DNA of 64,000 nt from Rhizobiaceae bacterium (GTDB lineage Bacteria > Pseudomonadota > Alphaproteobacteria > Rhizobiales > Rhizobiaceae), in assembly GCA_045047085.1 (NCBI GenBank), contig JASFYT010000034.1, forward strand, positions 2,098-66,097, read 5' to 3'. This document shows, in pieces, positions 16,084-24,978 of this stretch. The first letter of the stretch is position 1, and each line of letters begins with the position of its first letter. A model generated the notes under the pieces. The model saw only the letters and a program-made list of their open reading frames with translations, was not told where the DNA came from and ran no database searches. The translations under genes and the position numbers were made by a program.

Positions 16084-18379
16084 TATTGTTCTCCAAAAAT
16101 TTAATTTCGATTTCTTCGGGTGTGCGATCTTCCCCCGTCAAAGAGGTTTCAATTGCATAAATCAAGGCAACACGGGCGTGAAACCTTGCGCCCAGCGCTT
16201 CCCCGCGCGTTGGAACGACAACAGGTTCCGGCAAGGTGTCGTTGGCGTAATCACCTGCATTTTCTCCAAGTTTTCGATAATGTTCCAACCGGGTAATTGG
16301 AGCGTTAGAGAACAGCTCCAGATTATTGTGCGGCAAACGATCAATGTGATGGATCACAGCGGTTCCTTTTGCCTGAATGCCAATTCCGATCCCCGATCCT
16401 GCCATGCTTGCGGCACTCAGCCCCAAAAACGAAGTATCCGCGGTATGGTGAAAACGAACGATTCGGGCATGGCATCCCTTGGCCTCAATTCCGCTAATCA
16501 ATTCGCGCAAAACCTGTGCAAGGGAATGATCCGCAAGCGTACGAAAAAGTTTCAAACCAAAGGCCGGGCTAATGCCGATGACAATTTCATCGCTCTGACT
16601 GCCGCGTTCTGCCTGACCAATTTTTTTATAAGCAATTTGAGTGGATTCTTTTGGTTCGAAAGATTGCTCCACATGGAGAACAGCATCACGATTGAGTTGA
16701 TCGCGTATATTGATGATTTCGTTGCGGCGTTGTTCTGACAACTGATAGCCTGTGCCGGGGCCGCTGTAATTATTGGGATCATTGATGGCAGAAATTACCT
16801 GACCATTTCGGATGATTGCGGATGTTTGCAGGTAATCGCCCGATACCCGGAGCTTCACCAAAGACAACAAATGTTCAGCCTCCTTTGTAAACCCGCGTGC
16901 GGCCAGTGCTTTGATTACATCAACAACATTTATGCCACGATCCTTGATCTTGTCGCTGATGATTGCGACCTCTCGGGGCATGTAACTATCAGTCTCGTCC
17001 GACCCGGAAGCGGCCACCACGCTGCTTTTCATCGCGGCAGTTGGCGATCCCAAATCCAGTTCCTCAAATACCGCAGACAAAACATCAATGGCGCGACTGC
17101 GCAGATCAAGAATTTCAGTCTCGCCAATGGGGGTGAGACCACCATCAGCTTCAAAGTCACGTTGGAGAACCAGAAAATCTTCCATCTCTTCCCCGTTGAA
17201 GAGCGAAGCATTGAAAGAATTATCATATTTCAATATTGTGCCAAATCCTGAGCAAATGAAATCTGACCCTGCCATCAGGTAGGGAAGAATTTTGGCTCCT
17301 ATGCGAATTTCAGATTCGGAACTTCTTGCGTCATTACCGGAAGCACACTCTAAATCCAGCCAGACAGCGATGAGGTTTTCCGCTAGCAATTCACGCACCC
17401 CGCCAGCAATACTGGCTGCAAGCGGAGCGCCATCAATTCCGCCATTTTGAGTGCCCTGCGCACCCATGGCGCGCTGCATGCACAAACAACGCGCCTCAAG
17501 ATAAAGCAGAGATTTGGATTCATGAAACCCCATCAACAGTTCAGACCCTGCACCTGACGTGCAGCGCATTTTGATCCCGCGCGAAGCGTAAGCCGTTGTT
17601 AAAAATGCTTTGGACCACGGCGTATCATCCCCATCGATAAAAGCTTTCTCGGTGCCATACACGGAAACAGTTTCTGCGTATGAGGTAAATCCCGCCATGC
17701 CAATTTGAAGCTCTTCAGCTTCTTCACTAGAACATTGAAACAAGGTTCCCCAGCGACCAACCGCAGCCCCCACACAGCAGGCCAATGCATTCGACCATGC
17801 ATTACGCGACACACGCATGGTGGTCTCAATTTCATCAAATCCAAATGCAACCGCCGTAGCCGCATCAGCTACCAACTGCAGCGGATCATCCTTGGCGTTT
17901 GTGACATGTCCCTGATTTCCAGGCGTCTTGCGAGCACGCATTTTTGAATAGGCAAAGGTCAACTCCATGGCGGTTAAGTGGGCAACCACTTCTGTCAATT
18001 TTGCTGGTGTCATCCCATGCGCAAGCTTAACCAGATCAGCGCGCGGTACATGCATATCAACAAGCATACGGGCAACTTCCTGCGAAGGCATTGCCATCAT
18101 TGCAACGGTTGTTTCAGCATCGAGATGATGCCGGGCAATGAACAAATCGATCATATCGAAGTCTGCCTCCGCCACCCCGTCCATCGATACAACTCGACCG
18201 TCGTGAACCACGACACCCGGACTAGGGTCACGGGCCCCGTTCATTGCCGAAAACCCGTTTTCGGGATCATCAACGGCAAAATTATCGAGCCGCAAAGGTC
18301 GGTCGTCCCATTGAGAAAACCGTCTCCACCTATTGGGTTTTTGTGACATTGACTGGTCCATTCTACGCCCTCTCGACAT
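16073..18379 (-). CDS. B12-dependent diol/glycerol dehydratase, fused large (alpha) and medium (beta) subunits
   Basis: 768 aa. Residues up to about 555 follow PduC (GNQGHVTNAKDDPLQL, SYAETVSVYGTE, DDTPWSKAFL, ASGND, LQRDFEADGGL, GDYLQTSAI, GPGTGY). The C-terminal ~200 aa follow PduD (IVIGISPAFG...GSGIGIGIQAKGTAVIH...NLELF). Confidence 0.85.
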   Translation of the reverse strand: MSRGRRMDQSMSQKPNRWRRFSQWDDRPLRLDNFAVDDPENGFSAMNGARDPSPGVVVHDGRVVSMDGVAEADFDMIDLFIARHHLDAETTVAMMAMPSQEVARMLVDMHVPRADLVKLAHGMTPAKLTEVVAHLTAMELTFAYSKMRARKTPGNQGHVTNAKDDPLQLVADAATAVAFGFDEIETTMRVSRNAWSNALACCVGAAVGRWGTLFQCSSEEAEELQIGMAGFTSYAETVSVYGTEKAFIDGDDTPWSKAFLTTAYASRGIKMRCTSGAGSELLMGFHESKSLLYLEARCLCMQRAMGAQGTQNGGIDGAPLAASIAGGVRELLAENLIAVWLDLECASGNDARSSESEIRIGAKILPYLMAGSDFICSGFGTILKYDNSFNASLFNGEEMEDFLVLQRDFEADGGLTPIGETEILDLRSRAIDVLSAVFEELDLGSPTAAMKSSVVAASGSDETDSYMPREVAIISDKIKDRGINVVDVIKALAARGFTKEAEHLLSLVKLRVSGDYLQTSAIIRNGQVISAINDPNNYSGPGTGYQLSEQRRNEIINIRDQLNRDAVLHVEQSFEPKESTQIAYKKIGQAERGSQSDEIVIGISPAFGLKLFRTLADHSLAQVLRELISGIEAKGCHARIVRFHHTADTSFLGLSAASMAGSGIGIGIQAKGTAVIHHIDRLPHNNLELFSNAPITRLEHYRKLGENAGDYANDTLPEPVVVPTRGEALGARFHARVALIYAIETSLTGEDRTPEEIEIKFLENNIGQ

Positions 18380-18601
18380 CCAAATTTTATCGCCAGAATG
18401 TCGTCAACATTTTATAATCGTCAAGGAATTTTTTATTTCGAGCCATTCTCGATGATCTTTTGGCCACAAAACAAATGCTTGATTTTTCGGTAAATACACT
18501 TGTAAAAGCGGAGATATAACGCGTTTGTAATTTTTCCTGTGCAAAAAATATCCTCAAAATATTAGGCAGAAATACCTCAAAAAAATAAATGGAAACCAAC
18601 T

Positions 18602-20077
18602 ATGAAATCTGAATTATTCATCAATGGATCATGGGTCGCGGCGCATTCGGGCAAAAAATTCGAAGTGGTCGACCCGGCAACAGAACAAGTGTTCCATCAT
18701 GTTTCTTCGGCAGGAAAAAAAGATATCGACGACGCGGTTTTGGCCGCGCGTCGGGCATTTGATACGGGGCCATGGCCAAAAATGAATGGCACAGAACGGG
18801 CAGTGATTCTTCGAAAAATGGCTGACGAAATTGAAGCCCGAACTTTAGAGCTGGCGCAACTGGAAGTTCGAAACAATGGCAAGCCACTGGCGGAAGCAAT
18901 TTGGGATATTGAAGATACAGTCGGTTGTTTTGCATTTTATGCAAATTTGGCGGAAGAGCATCACAGTATTCAAGATGAAAAAATCAAACTAGACGATGAC
19001 CGATTCACTAGCATTGTTGTGAAAGAACCCGTCGGTGTTGTCGGGGCAATTATTCCGTGGAATTTTCCAATGTTGATGGCTGCCTGGAAGATCGCGCCTG
19101 CTCTTGCTGCTGGCTGCACAATTATTCTCAAGCCCTCTGAAGTGACGCCATTAACTGCCCTTGAATTGGGCGAAATTGCCCAAAAATCGGGCCTGCCCGA
19201 CGGCGTACTGAACATTGTTACAGGCTTTGGTCCCACCGCGGGGCAGCCTCTTTGCGAACACCCCGGCGTCGATAAACTTGCGTTCACCGGCTCTGTTTTA
19301 ACCGGTTCACGCATCATGCAAACGGCGGCAAAAGACATCAAAAACCTGTCGTTGGAACTTGGTGGAAAATCGCCTTTTGTTATTTTTGGTGACGCTAATA
19401 TCGACGACGCAGTCGAGTGGATAATGTTCGGAATTTTCTGGAATCAGGGGGAAGTATGCTCCGCCACATCGCGCGTTCTGGTGGAACAATCAATCTACGA
19501 ACCACTGCTTGAACGTCTGAGCGAAGAGGCAAAAAAAATTACCATCGGCAATGGTGCAGATGAGGGAATTTTACTCGGTCCAATTGTCAATAAAGCCCAG
19601 TTTGAAAAGGTCCTCACACACATAGAAAATGGCAAGAATTCGGGCGCGCGATTGGTCACTGGCGGCGGTCGGGTTGCCGCGATGAACAAGGGCTATTTTA
19701 TCGAACCGACAATCTTTGCAGACGTCGAGGAAACTGCTGATATTTGGCGGGAAGAAATTTTCGGGCCGGTGGTCTGTGTCAAATCTTTTGTTACAGAAGA
19801 AGAGGCGATCCGATTGGCCAATGACAGTGACTACGGTCTTGCAGCGGCAGTCATGTCAAAAGATGACGAGCGTTGCGAGCGGGTCGCCCGTGCTTTCCGC
19901 GCTGGCATCGTTTGGATAAATTGCTCACAACCTACCTTTGTCGAGGCCCCTTGGGGAGGTTACAAAAAATCAGGAATCGGTCGCGAATTGGGTCGATGGG
20001 GATTTGAAAACTATCTGCAAGAAAAGCAAATTACCCGATTTGCCAGCACCAAACCTTGGGGTTGGTATCTCAAATAG
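18602..20077 (+). CDS. NAD(P)-dependent aldehyde dehydrogenase (BetB/aminoaldehyde-DH-like, non-acylating)
   Basis: 491 aa with ELGGKSP, EEIFGPV, and the catalytic GEVCSATSR. Confidence 0.9.
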   Translation: MKSELFINGSWVAAHSGKKFEVVDPATEQVFHHVSSAGKKDIDDAVLAARRAFDTGPWPKMNGTERAVILRKMADEIEARTLELAQLEVRNNGKPLAEAIWDIEDTVGCFAFYANLAEEHHSIQDEKIKLDDDRFTSIVVKEPVGVVGAIIPWNFPMLMAAWKIAPALAAGCTIILKPSEVTPLTALELGEIAQKSGLPDGVLNIVTGFGPTAGQPLCEHPGVDKLAFTGSVLTGSRIMQTAAKDIKNLSLELGGKSPFVIFGDANIDDAVEWIMFGIFWNQGEVCSATSRVLVEQSIYEPLLERLSEEAKKITIGNGADEGILLGPIVNKAQFEKVLTHIENGKNSGARLVTGGGRVAAMNKGYFIEPTIFADVEETADIWREEIFGPVVCVKSFVTEEEAIRLANDSDYGLAAAVMSKDDERCERVARAFRAGIVWINCSQPTFVEAPWGGYKKSGIGRELGRWGFENYLQEKQITRFASTKPWGWYLK

Positions 20078-20451
20078 ATACCACATATCCCGTTTTTCAA
20101 GGCAAAAACCCTGCTCAGATTCGAGCGGCGGATGCTCCATTTTGGCAAACATACAATGCCCAAGCATGCAGTCTCTAGTCGGGCCAATTTAAGAAAGCTG
20201 CCCATCGCCTCCGTTGTTATGGCTAATTCGACAATGCCCACATCCAACAGTTCGAGGACATATTCCGATTTTCCTTAATTCAGATAGCTGCGAACTTCAA
20301 GAAAGCCATTTGCAAAAACTTCCAACCAAACACAGCAGCAAAATATGAGCCATAGTACATGTTATCCTGATCCATCATTTTTAATATTCAAGAGGCCGTA
20401 CAATACTATATTGCTGCTCACTTTAAATATTCAGAATTTTAATAAACGGAT

Positions 20452-20464
20452 TTCCTCTCCGCCA
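20452..20464 (+). repeat. 13-nt direct repeat TTCCTCTCCGCCA, copy 2
   Basis: Exact copy of the tRNA-Ser 3' terminus at 1223..1235. It sits in an AT-rich non-coding stretch just before the IS3 element. Confidence 0.6.
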
Positions 20465-20796
20465 ATCATAAATTATTTGATAGTCACCAACAATATCAAC
20501 AAGTTATCGGGGATAGAAAATAACGCCACCCCATGATGCGACCCCAAAAAAGATGGGAACGGGTCTTTAAATCGCTCTCAGCGAACTCCTGTTACCTATC
20601 GCAGGGCCACAGCTTCACCACCCTCAACCGATATTAGCAGCTTTCTCAGGTTGACCACCTTTGGCGAACCTTCGGGCATTCATAGAAATAGCAAGGTCCT
20701 TCCAATGCCTTCAAGGGCATTCTTGAAGCGGCCTGGACCTGTCGCGGAATTGTGTCGCTCCTTTAACCGCGTATTATGCGCAAAAGGAGACCGACT

Positions 20797-21072
20797 ATGG
20801 GAACGAGACGCACAGTAGAATTTAGGCAGGAGGCAGTTCGGGTTGCGCTGACGAGTGGCTTGACGCGCAAACAGATAGCATCTGATTTTGGTATTGGGTT
20901 TTCAACGTTGAGCAAGTGGATACAGCAAGACCGGAAAAACACTGAGAAGCCTTCGGCTCAAACTGATCTGGAGCGAGAGATTGCAGAGCTCAAAAAAGAA
21001 AACCGCCTTCTGCGCGAGGAATGGGACACCCTAAAAAAGGCAACAGTATTCTTCGCGAGCCAAAAGCTATGA
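20797..21072 (+). CDS. IS3-family transposase OrfA (HTH)
   Basis: MGTRRTVEFRQEAVRVALTSGLTRKQIASDFGIGFSTLSKWIQ... plus a leucine-zipper-like tail. The ATG at 20797 is preceded by AAGGAG. Confidence 0.85.
   Translation: MGTRRTVEFRQEAVRVALTSGLTRKQIASDFGIGFSTLSKWIQQDRKNTEKPSAQTDLEREIAELKKENRLLREEWDTLKKATVFFASQKL
21033..21039 (+). other. programmed -1 frameshift heptamer A AAA AAG of the IS3 element
   Basis: The heptamer is in the correct phase of orfA (cta aaa aag). The -1 frame continues into the orfB-like sequence RFRFVEENRDKV. Confidence 0.7.
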
Positions 21073-21921
21073 GGTTCCGGTTCGTCGAAGAAAACCGTGA
21101 CAAAGTTCTGATGAAACGGTTGTGCAGGATCATGAATGTCACGCGGCTTTCGTGCATTCCGGTCTCGTTCGATCAGCCAAAGCCAACGTAAGGATATGGT
21201 GCTGCTGGCACATATCAGGGAACAGCATCACCTGTCTCTGGGAAGTTATGGCCGCCCCAGGATGACCGAAGAACTGAAGGAACTGGGCTTTAATGTCGGG
21301 CACCGCCGTGTTGGCAGATTGATGCGCCAGAACGACATATCTGTTGTCAGAACCCGAAAACACAAGGTCACGACGGACAGCAACCACAAATTCAACATAG
21401 CACTCAACTTGCTAAATCGAGACTTCACGGCAGCAAAGCCCAATCAGAAATGGGTGGTCGATATCAGCTATGTCTGGACGCGGGAGGGCTGATTGTATCT
21501 GGCCGTGGCTCTTGACCTCTATTCAAGGCGCGTGATCGGTTGGGCTGTATCGAACAGAATGAAGAGGGATTTGGCGATTAGAGCATTAGATATGGCCATA
21601 GCTTTGCGTAGACCAGCCAAAGGCTGCATCCATTATTCCGACCGAGGCAGCCAGTATTGTTCTCATGATTATCAGAAGGTTCTGTGTGAACATGGTTTTA
21701 AAGCGTCGATGAGTGGCAAAGGTAATTGCTACGGTAACGCTGCAATGGAAACCTTCTTCAAAACCATCAAAGCAGAATTGATCTGGCGGCATTCATGGCA
21801 AACACGCAGAGCCGCTGAGATCGCTATCTTCGAATACATAAATGGCTTCTATAATCCGCGCCGGAGACACTCGGCATTAGGTTGGAAAAGCCCCTTGGCT
21901 TTTGAAAGAATTGCCGCTTAA
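21039..21921 (+). pseudogene. IS3-family transposase OrfB (DDE), inactivated
   Basis: There is a frame break near 21138 (..RLCRIMNV / SRGFRAFRSR..) and a TGG to TGA nonsense at about 21490 (WTREG*LYLAVALDLYSRR). The downstream DDE region (SDRGSQY...NAAMETFF) is otherwise recognisable. Confidence 0.8.
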
Positions 21922-21963
21922 ATGAGAACTCGGAGCGGCACTGAGGCGAGACAGGTCCAATCG

Positions 21964-22145
21964 TGAACTTGTCACGGTTTGATTTCGTGTTCTTGAATGG
22001 AATACTAGCCATCAAGGAGAATAACTATGGCACCTCGACACACAACAGAATTTAGACAAGAAGCCGTCCGTATTGCATTGACCAGCGGGTTGAAAGAGCA
22101 AAGCAAGTGAAGTTTGCTTTCGTTGATGAACACCGACACCGCGTT
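21964..22145 (+). mobile_element. remnant of a second IS3-family element (left end plus internally deleted orfA/orfB junction)
   Basis: It starts with TGAACTTGTCACGG 4 nt after the first IS. It encodes MAPRHTTEFRQEAVRIALTSGL, homologous to the neighbouring OrfA, joined directly to KFAFVDEHRHRV (the start of OrfB), and then ends. Confidence 0.65.
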
Positions 22146-22355
22146 TCTAATGCAAAATTACGCGATTTTAAATTCGGTAAGTGTTTCATAAATCATGTCA
22201 TCCATGGCAAAAAGTGCAGCTTCACGTTCCGCTTCGTCTTGCATAACCAATTCTGATCGAGGCTTCGGGAAACCCTACAATGCCATGTGTTTGTGAAAAT
22301 CCAATTGCATATTCCATAAAACGTATCACTAACAAAATTCAGAAAATATAGCGTT

Positions 22356-22392
22356 AAAGGCCTGCAGCATGCGGAACTTGCCGCAGGCCTTT
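22356..22392 (-). terminator. stem-loop terminator downstream of the rpiB-like gene
   Basis: AAAGGCCTGC (22356..22365) pairs with GCAGGCCTTT (22383..22392). Three further base pairs form inside the loop, and a T-rich run flanks it on each strand. It lies 23 nt after the stop at 22415. Confidence 0.6.
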
Positions 22393-22414
22393 TAACTCTA
22401 TGCTGACGACCACA

Positions 22415-22879
22415 CTAGCTCCGGGCATTATATTTCAGGTCAACCTGATTGATCGCTTCAACATTTCCAGTGGAGCGTCCATTCACATCAAACTCATTGG
22501 CAAGCCAGGAATCAGCAATGGATTTGGCCAGTTCAGCCCCGATCACTCGCGCGCCCATGGTGATAATCTGGGCATTGTTTGAGGTAGCTGCTTTTTCGGC
22601 AGAATAGGAATCATGTGTAAGCGCAGCACGAATACCCGGCACCTTATTGGCGGCGATACAAACACCAATTCCAGTACCACAACACAATATTGCCCGCTCA
22701 AAGGTTCCGTCCACAATGCCTGAGCAAACGCGGTCTGATAGATCTGCATAAAATTCTGCACCACCACCTGCAGGCCGCGAAAGTTCGACAACCTCAAGTC
22801 CTTCACGAGATTTCAGATACTCAAACAAATCATGTGCCAGAGGTTCGCCTGCACTATCACCTGCAATTGCCAGTTTCAT
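22415..22879 (-). CDS. rpiB: RpiB/LacAB-family sugar-phosphate isomerase (EryI-like)
   Basis: 154 aa with [25 protein letters not shown]...[13 protein letters not shown]. Confidence 0.85.
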   Translation of the reverse strand: MKLAIAGDSAGEPLAHDLFEYLKSREGLEVVELSRPAGGGAEFYADLSDRVCSGIVDGTFERAILCCGTGIGVCIAANKVPGIRAALTHDSYSAEKAATSNNAQIITMGARVIGAELAKSIADSWLANEFDVNGRSTGNVEAINQVDLKYNARS

Positions 22880-22899
22880 AGTTATATCCTTTTCAATTT

Positions 22900-23670
22900 C
22901 TAAAGTATTGCGGCACAGCGCGCGAGAATTTCAAGATAGCTGTTCACATCCCATGCAGACCGCCCGATAAACAACCCATCGATATAATCGCAGGCTATCA
23001 GCTCCTCGCAATTGTCAATGTTCACACTGCCTCCATAAAGGCAGGGAATTTTTTGCCCCAACATTTGCTTGGCCAGATTGATAATTATTCTGTGTTGTTG
23101 GTTTGCGTATTCTGCATTTGCGGGTATGCCATTCTCTCCAATCGCCCAGACAGGCTCATAGGCGAGCAATATCGGTGCGACTTTTTGTTCACCACTCAAA
23201 TGTCCCAAAGCACCTTGTACCTGCGCCAAAAGAACTTCCTCGGTACGGCCTGCTTCACGCTCATCAAGCGTTTCGCCGATGCAAATCAATGGAATCAGGC
23301 CGTGGCGCACCGCCGCTTCTGTCTTAAGTCCGACCGTCTCGTTAGTTTCGCCAAAATGCGCCCGCCGTTCAGAGTGACCGAGTTCTACCAAATCCAGTTC
23401 ACAATCTTTCAGCATTAATGGTGAAATCTCGCCAGTCCACGCGCCACAATCAGCCCAATGCATATTTTGCGCACCCACCTTTACTGAAGTGCTGCGCAAC
23501 ATAGCCTTTACTTCCCGTGTGGTGGTAAAGGGTGGAACAACAAAACGCTGAATGCGCGAGTCACGAACCTCGTCAGCAACAACCAGGCCACTTGCAAACT
23601 CCCGCGCTTCAGCAAGCGTTTTATTCATTTTCCAACTGGTTCCAATCCAGATATTGATAGATTTGGTCAC
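22900..23670 (-). CDS. tpiA: triosephosphate-isomerase-family protein (TpiA / EryH-like)
   Basis: 256 aa with [24 protein letters not shown], and AYEPVWAIG. Confidence 0.85.
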   Translation of the reverse strand: MTKSINIWIGTSWKMNKTLAEAREFASGLVVADEVRDSRIQRFVVPPFTTTREVKAMLRSTSVKVGAQNMHWADCGAWTGEISPLMLKDCELDLVELGHSERRAHFGETNETVGLKTEAAVRHGLIPLICIGETLDEREAGRTEEVLLAQVQGALGHLSGEQKVAPILLAYEPVWAIGENGIPANAEYANQQHRIIINLAKQMLGQKIPCLYGGSVNIDNCEELIACDYIDGLFIGRSAWDVNSYLEILARCAAIL

Positions 23671-23684
23671 GGTTTATCCTGTCG

Positions 23685-24116
23685 TTAGATATTTAAATCA
23701 TTAATGCCGGTATCGATATGCGGTGCCCAAAATGCGATGGATTCTGCAATTTGCGGAATAACTTCGCAGTCATTGGGTTCGCGCTCTTTGAACGAGAGTT
23801 CAAGACAGATTTCATTAATCTTGAACCAATCCACGTAATAGCGCCGCACATCTGGATCGGGGTGTCCAAAACGATTGAGCCTGCCATAAGGTCCAGTCAT
23901 GCCAAAGGTAACCTGCACAACAGTCCGCCTTTGAGCGCCCTGCATTTCACGGGTCAACCGCCGTACAAGCGAAGCCGGCCAACTGGGATTGATAAACTCA
24001 TGGGTGAGTTGTATATCGCGGATTTTGAGATCATGGGCTATGGTATCAACCGGATCTTTTATCTCAGCAAAGTGATTAACCAGCGGATTGGTGTTCAAAG
24101 AAAGAGTATAACTCAT
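23685..24116 (-). CDS. xylose-isomerase-like TIM-barrel protein (EryC-like) with a large in-frame internal deletion; probably non-functional
   Basis: The 143-aa ORF aligns with both ends of the 311-aa paralog at 45370..46305 (N-terminal ~100 aa and C-terminal ~42 aa). The central ~168 aa are missing (junction YYVDWFK|INEICLELSFKEREP). Confidence 0.7.
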   Translation of the reverse strand: MSYTLSLNTNPLVNHFAEIKDPVDTIAHDLKIRDIQLTHEFINPSWPASLVRRLTREMQGAQRRTVVQVTFGMTGPYGRLNRFGHPDPDVRRYYVDWFKINEICLELSFKEREPNDCEVIPQIAESIAFWAPHIDTGINDLNI

Positions 24117-24117
24117 T

Positions 24118-24978
24118 CTAACCTCCCCTTTTTTTGCGGGAATACGAAAAATCTGGAATTATATAATCAGGAACAGCTCTGAGTTCCCTGCATTCCGCAA
24201 CAATTTTTGCGTCACTCATCTCCGCATGAATGCCGGTGCGCACCAATGCAGTCGCAAAACCTGCAGCCTGTCCGCCTTTGATATCATGCGCGGGACTATC
24301 GCCGATGCATAAAATTTTCTTAGGATCGGGTTTACCCAAAATTTCATACGCTTTATCATAAATCAGGGGATGGGGTTTTCCGATCCATTCAACTTTCCCG
24401 CCCAGGTCCTCATAAAGTTTGGCAATCCGGCCAGTGCTGAACATAGTTCCCTTTGAAGTGAGTTTTATCATATCCGGGTTGGTACAAAGACATTGCACAC
24501 CGCGGCGCGCCGGTCCTTCCAAAATACTTTGGTAAGCCTCCAGCGGAATATCGCCTTCACGGCAACTGACCATAATAATCAATTCGGCCTCATCAGAATT
24601 TTGCGTAACACTTAACGGTAATCCAGCAATCGATGAAGTATCGTCATTCAACGCAATCACCAAAACTTTGGCACCTGCCGGTATCGTATTTCCAATCCGT
24701 TGTTCCAGATATCCAAAGGCTACTTCCCCGGACGAAAGAACCATTTCAAAGCTGTCCCGCGCAAACCCACTTGTCACCAGACGAGTATTATTTGGTTCAG
24801 ACCGCCTGCCTGAATTTGAAATCAGGATGATACATTTTCCCATTTTCGCCAGACGTTTCAACGCCATCGGAGCGCGGGGATACGCACCCTCCCCACTTAA
24901 CAATACGCCAAACTGGTCGATCAAAAACACGTCATATTTATCAGTGAGTGCTTCAAGATCGGTTAAAGACTGGTTCAC
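24118..24978 (-). CDS. HAD-superfamily hydrolase (subfamily IIA-like)
   Basis: FLIDQFGVLL (DxxG nucleophile motif), ILISNSGRR, and IGDSPAHDIKGG. The GTG at 24978 overlaps the upstream TGA; the longer track ORF would overlap the kinase by about 100 nt. Confidence 0.7.
   Translation of the reverse strand: MNQSLTDLEALTDKYDVFLIDQFGVLLSGEGAYPRAPMALKRLAKMGKCIILISNSGRRSEPNNTRLVTSGFARDSFEMVLSSGEVAFGYLEQRIGNTIPAGAKVLVIALNDDTSSIAGLPLSVTQNSDEAELIIMVSCREGDIPLEAYQSILEGPARRGVQCLCTNPDMIKLTSKGTMFSTGRIAKLYEDLGGKVEWIGKPHPLIYDKAYEILGKPDPKKILCIGDSPAHDIKGGQAAGFATALVRTGIHAEMSDAKIVAECRELRAVPDYIIPDFSYSRKKRGG

Larger units (their letters stand above)
20734..21959 (+). mobile_element. IS3-family insertion sequence (about 1.2 kb) with a decayed transposase
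   Basis: Imperfect terminal inverted repeats TGGACCTGTC.GCG... (20734) and ...CGAGACAGGTCCA (21959), with TG...CA ends. It has the orfA/orfB organisation and an A-AAA-AAG slippery site. Confidence 0.85.

Noticed and set aside
14941-18379. Calling the whole region a Pdu-type (1,2-propanediol) microcompartment because PduCDE-like genes are present.
   Set aside because: The dehydratase is 8 kb from the shell operon in a separate transcription unit. It lacks terminal targeting helices and lacks PduGH, PduL, PduO, PduQ, and PduS partners. The shell operon's own enzymes are of the kinase/phospho-lyase/AldDH type.
18380-18601. A possible cobalamin riboswitch or small gene (ORF 18387..18599) upstream of the dehydratase and ALDH.
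   Set aside because: I could not recognise a B12-box-like conserved core. The 70-aa ORF is AT-rich and low-complexity with no RBS. I treat the region as a plain divergent promoter region. A covariance-model scan would settle it.
20345-20733. ORF 20345..20536, and a short stretch translating to ..KRWERVFKSLS.. (about 20533..20640) that is reminiscent of IS5-family transposases.
   Set aside because: The ORF is low-complexity AT-rich sequence. The IS5-like resemblance covers only about 10 residues with no continuation in any frame, which is too weak to report as a feature.
22142-22243. A minus-strand mini-ORF (..MQDEAEREAALFAMDDMIYETLTEFKIA) between the IS remnant and the terminator.
   Set aside because: It is too short, has no RBS or recognisable family, and probably derives from the truncated IS or flanking debris.
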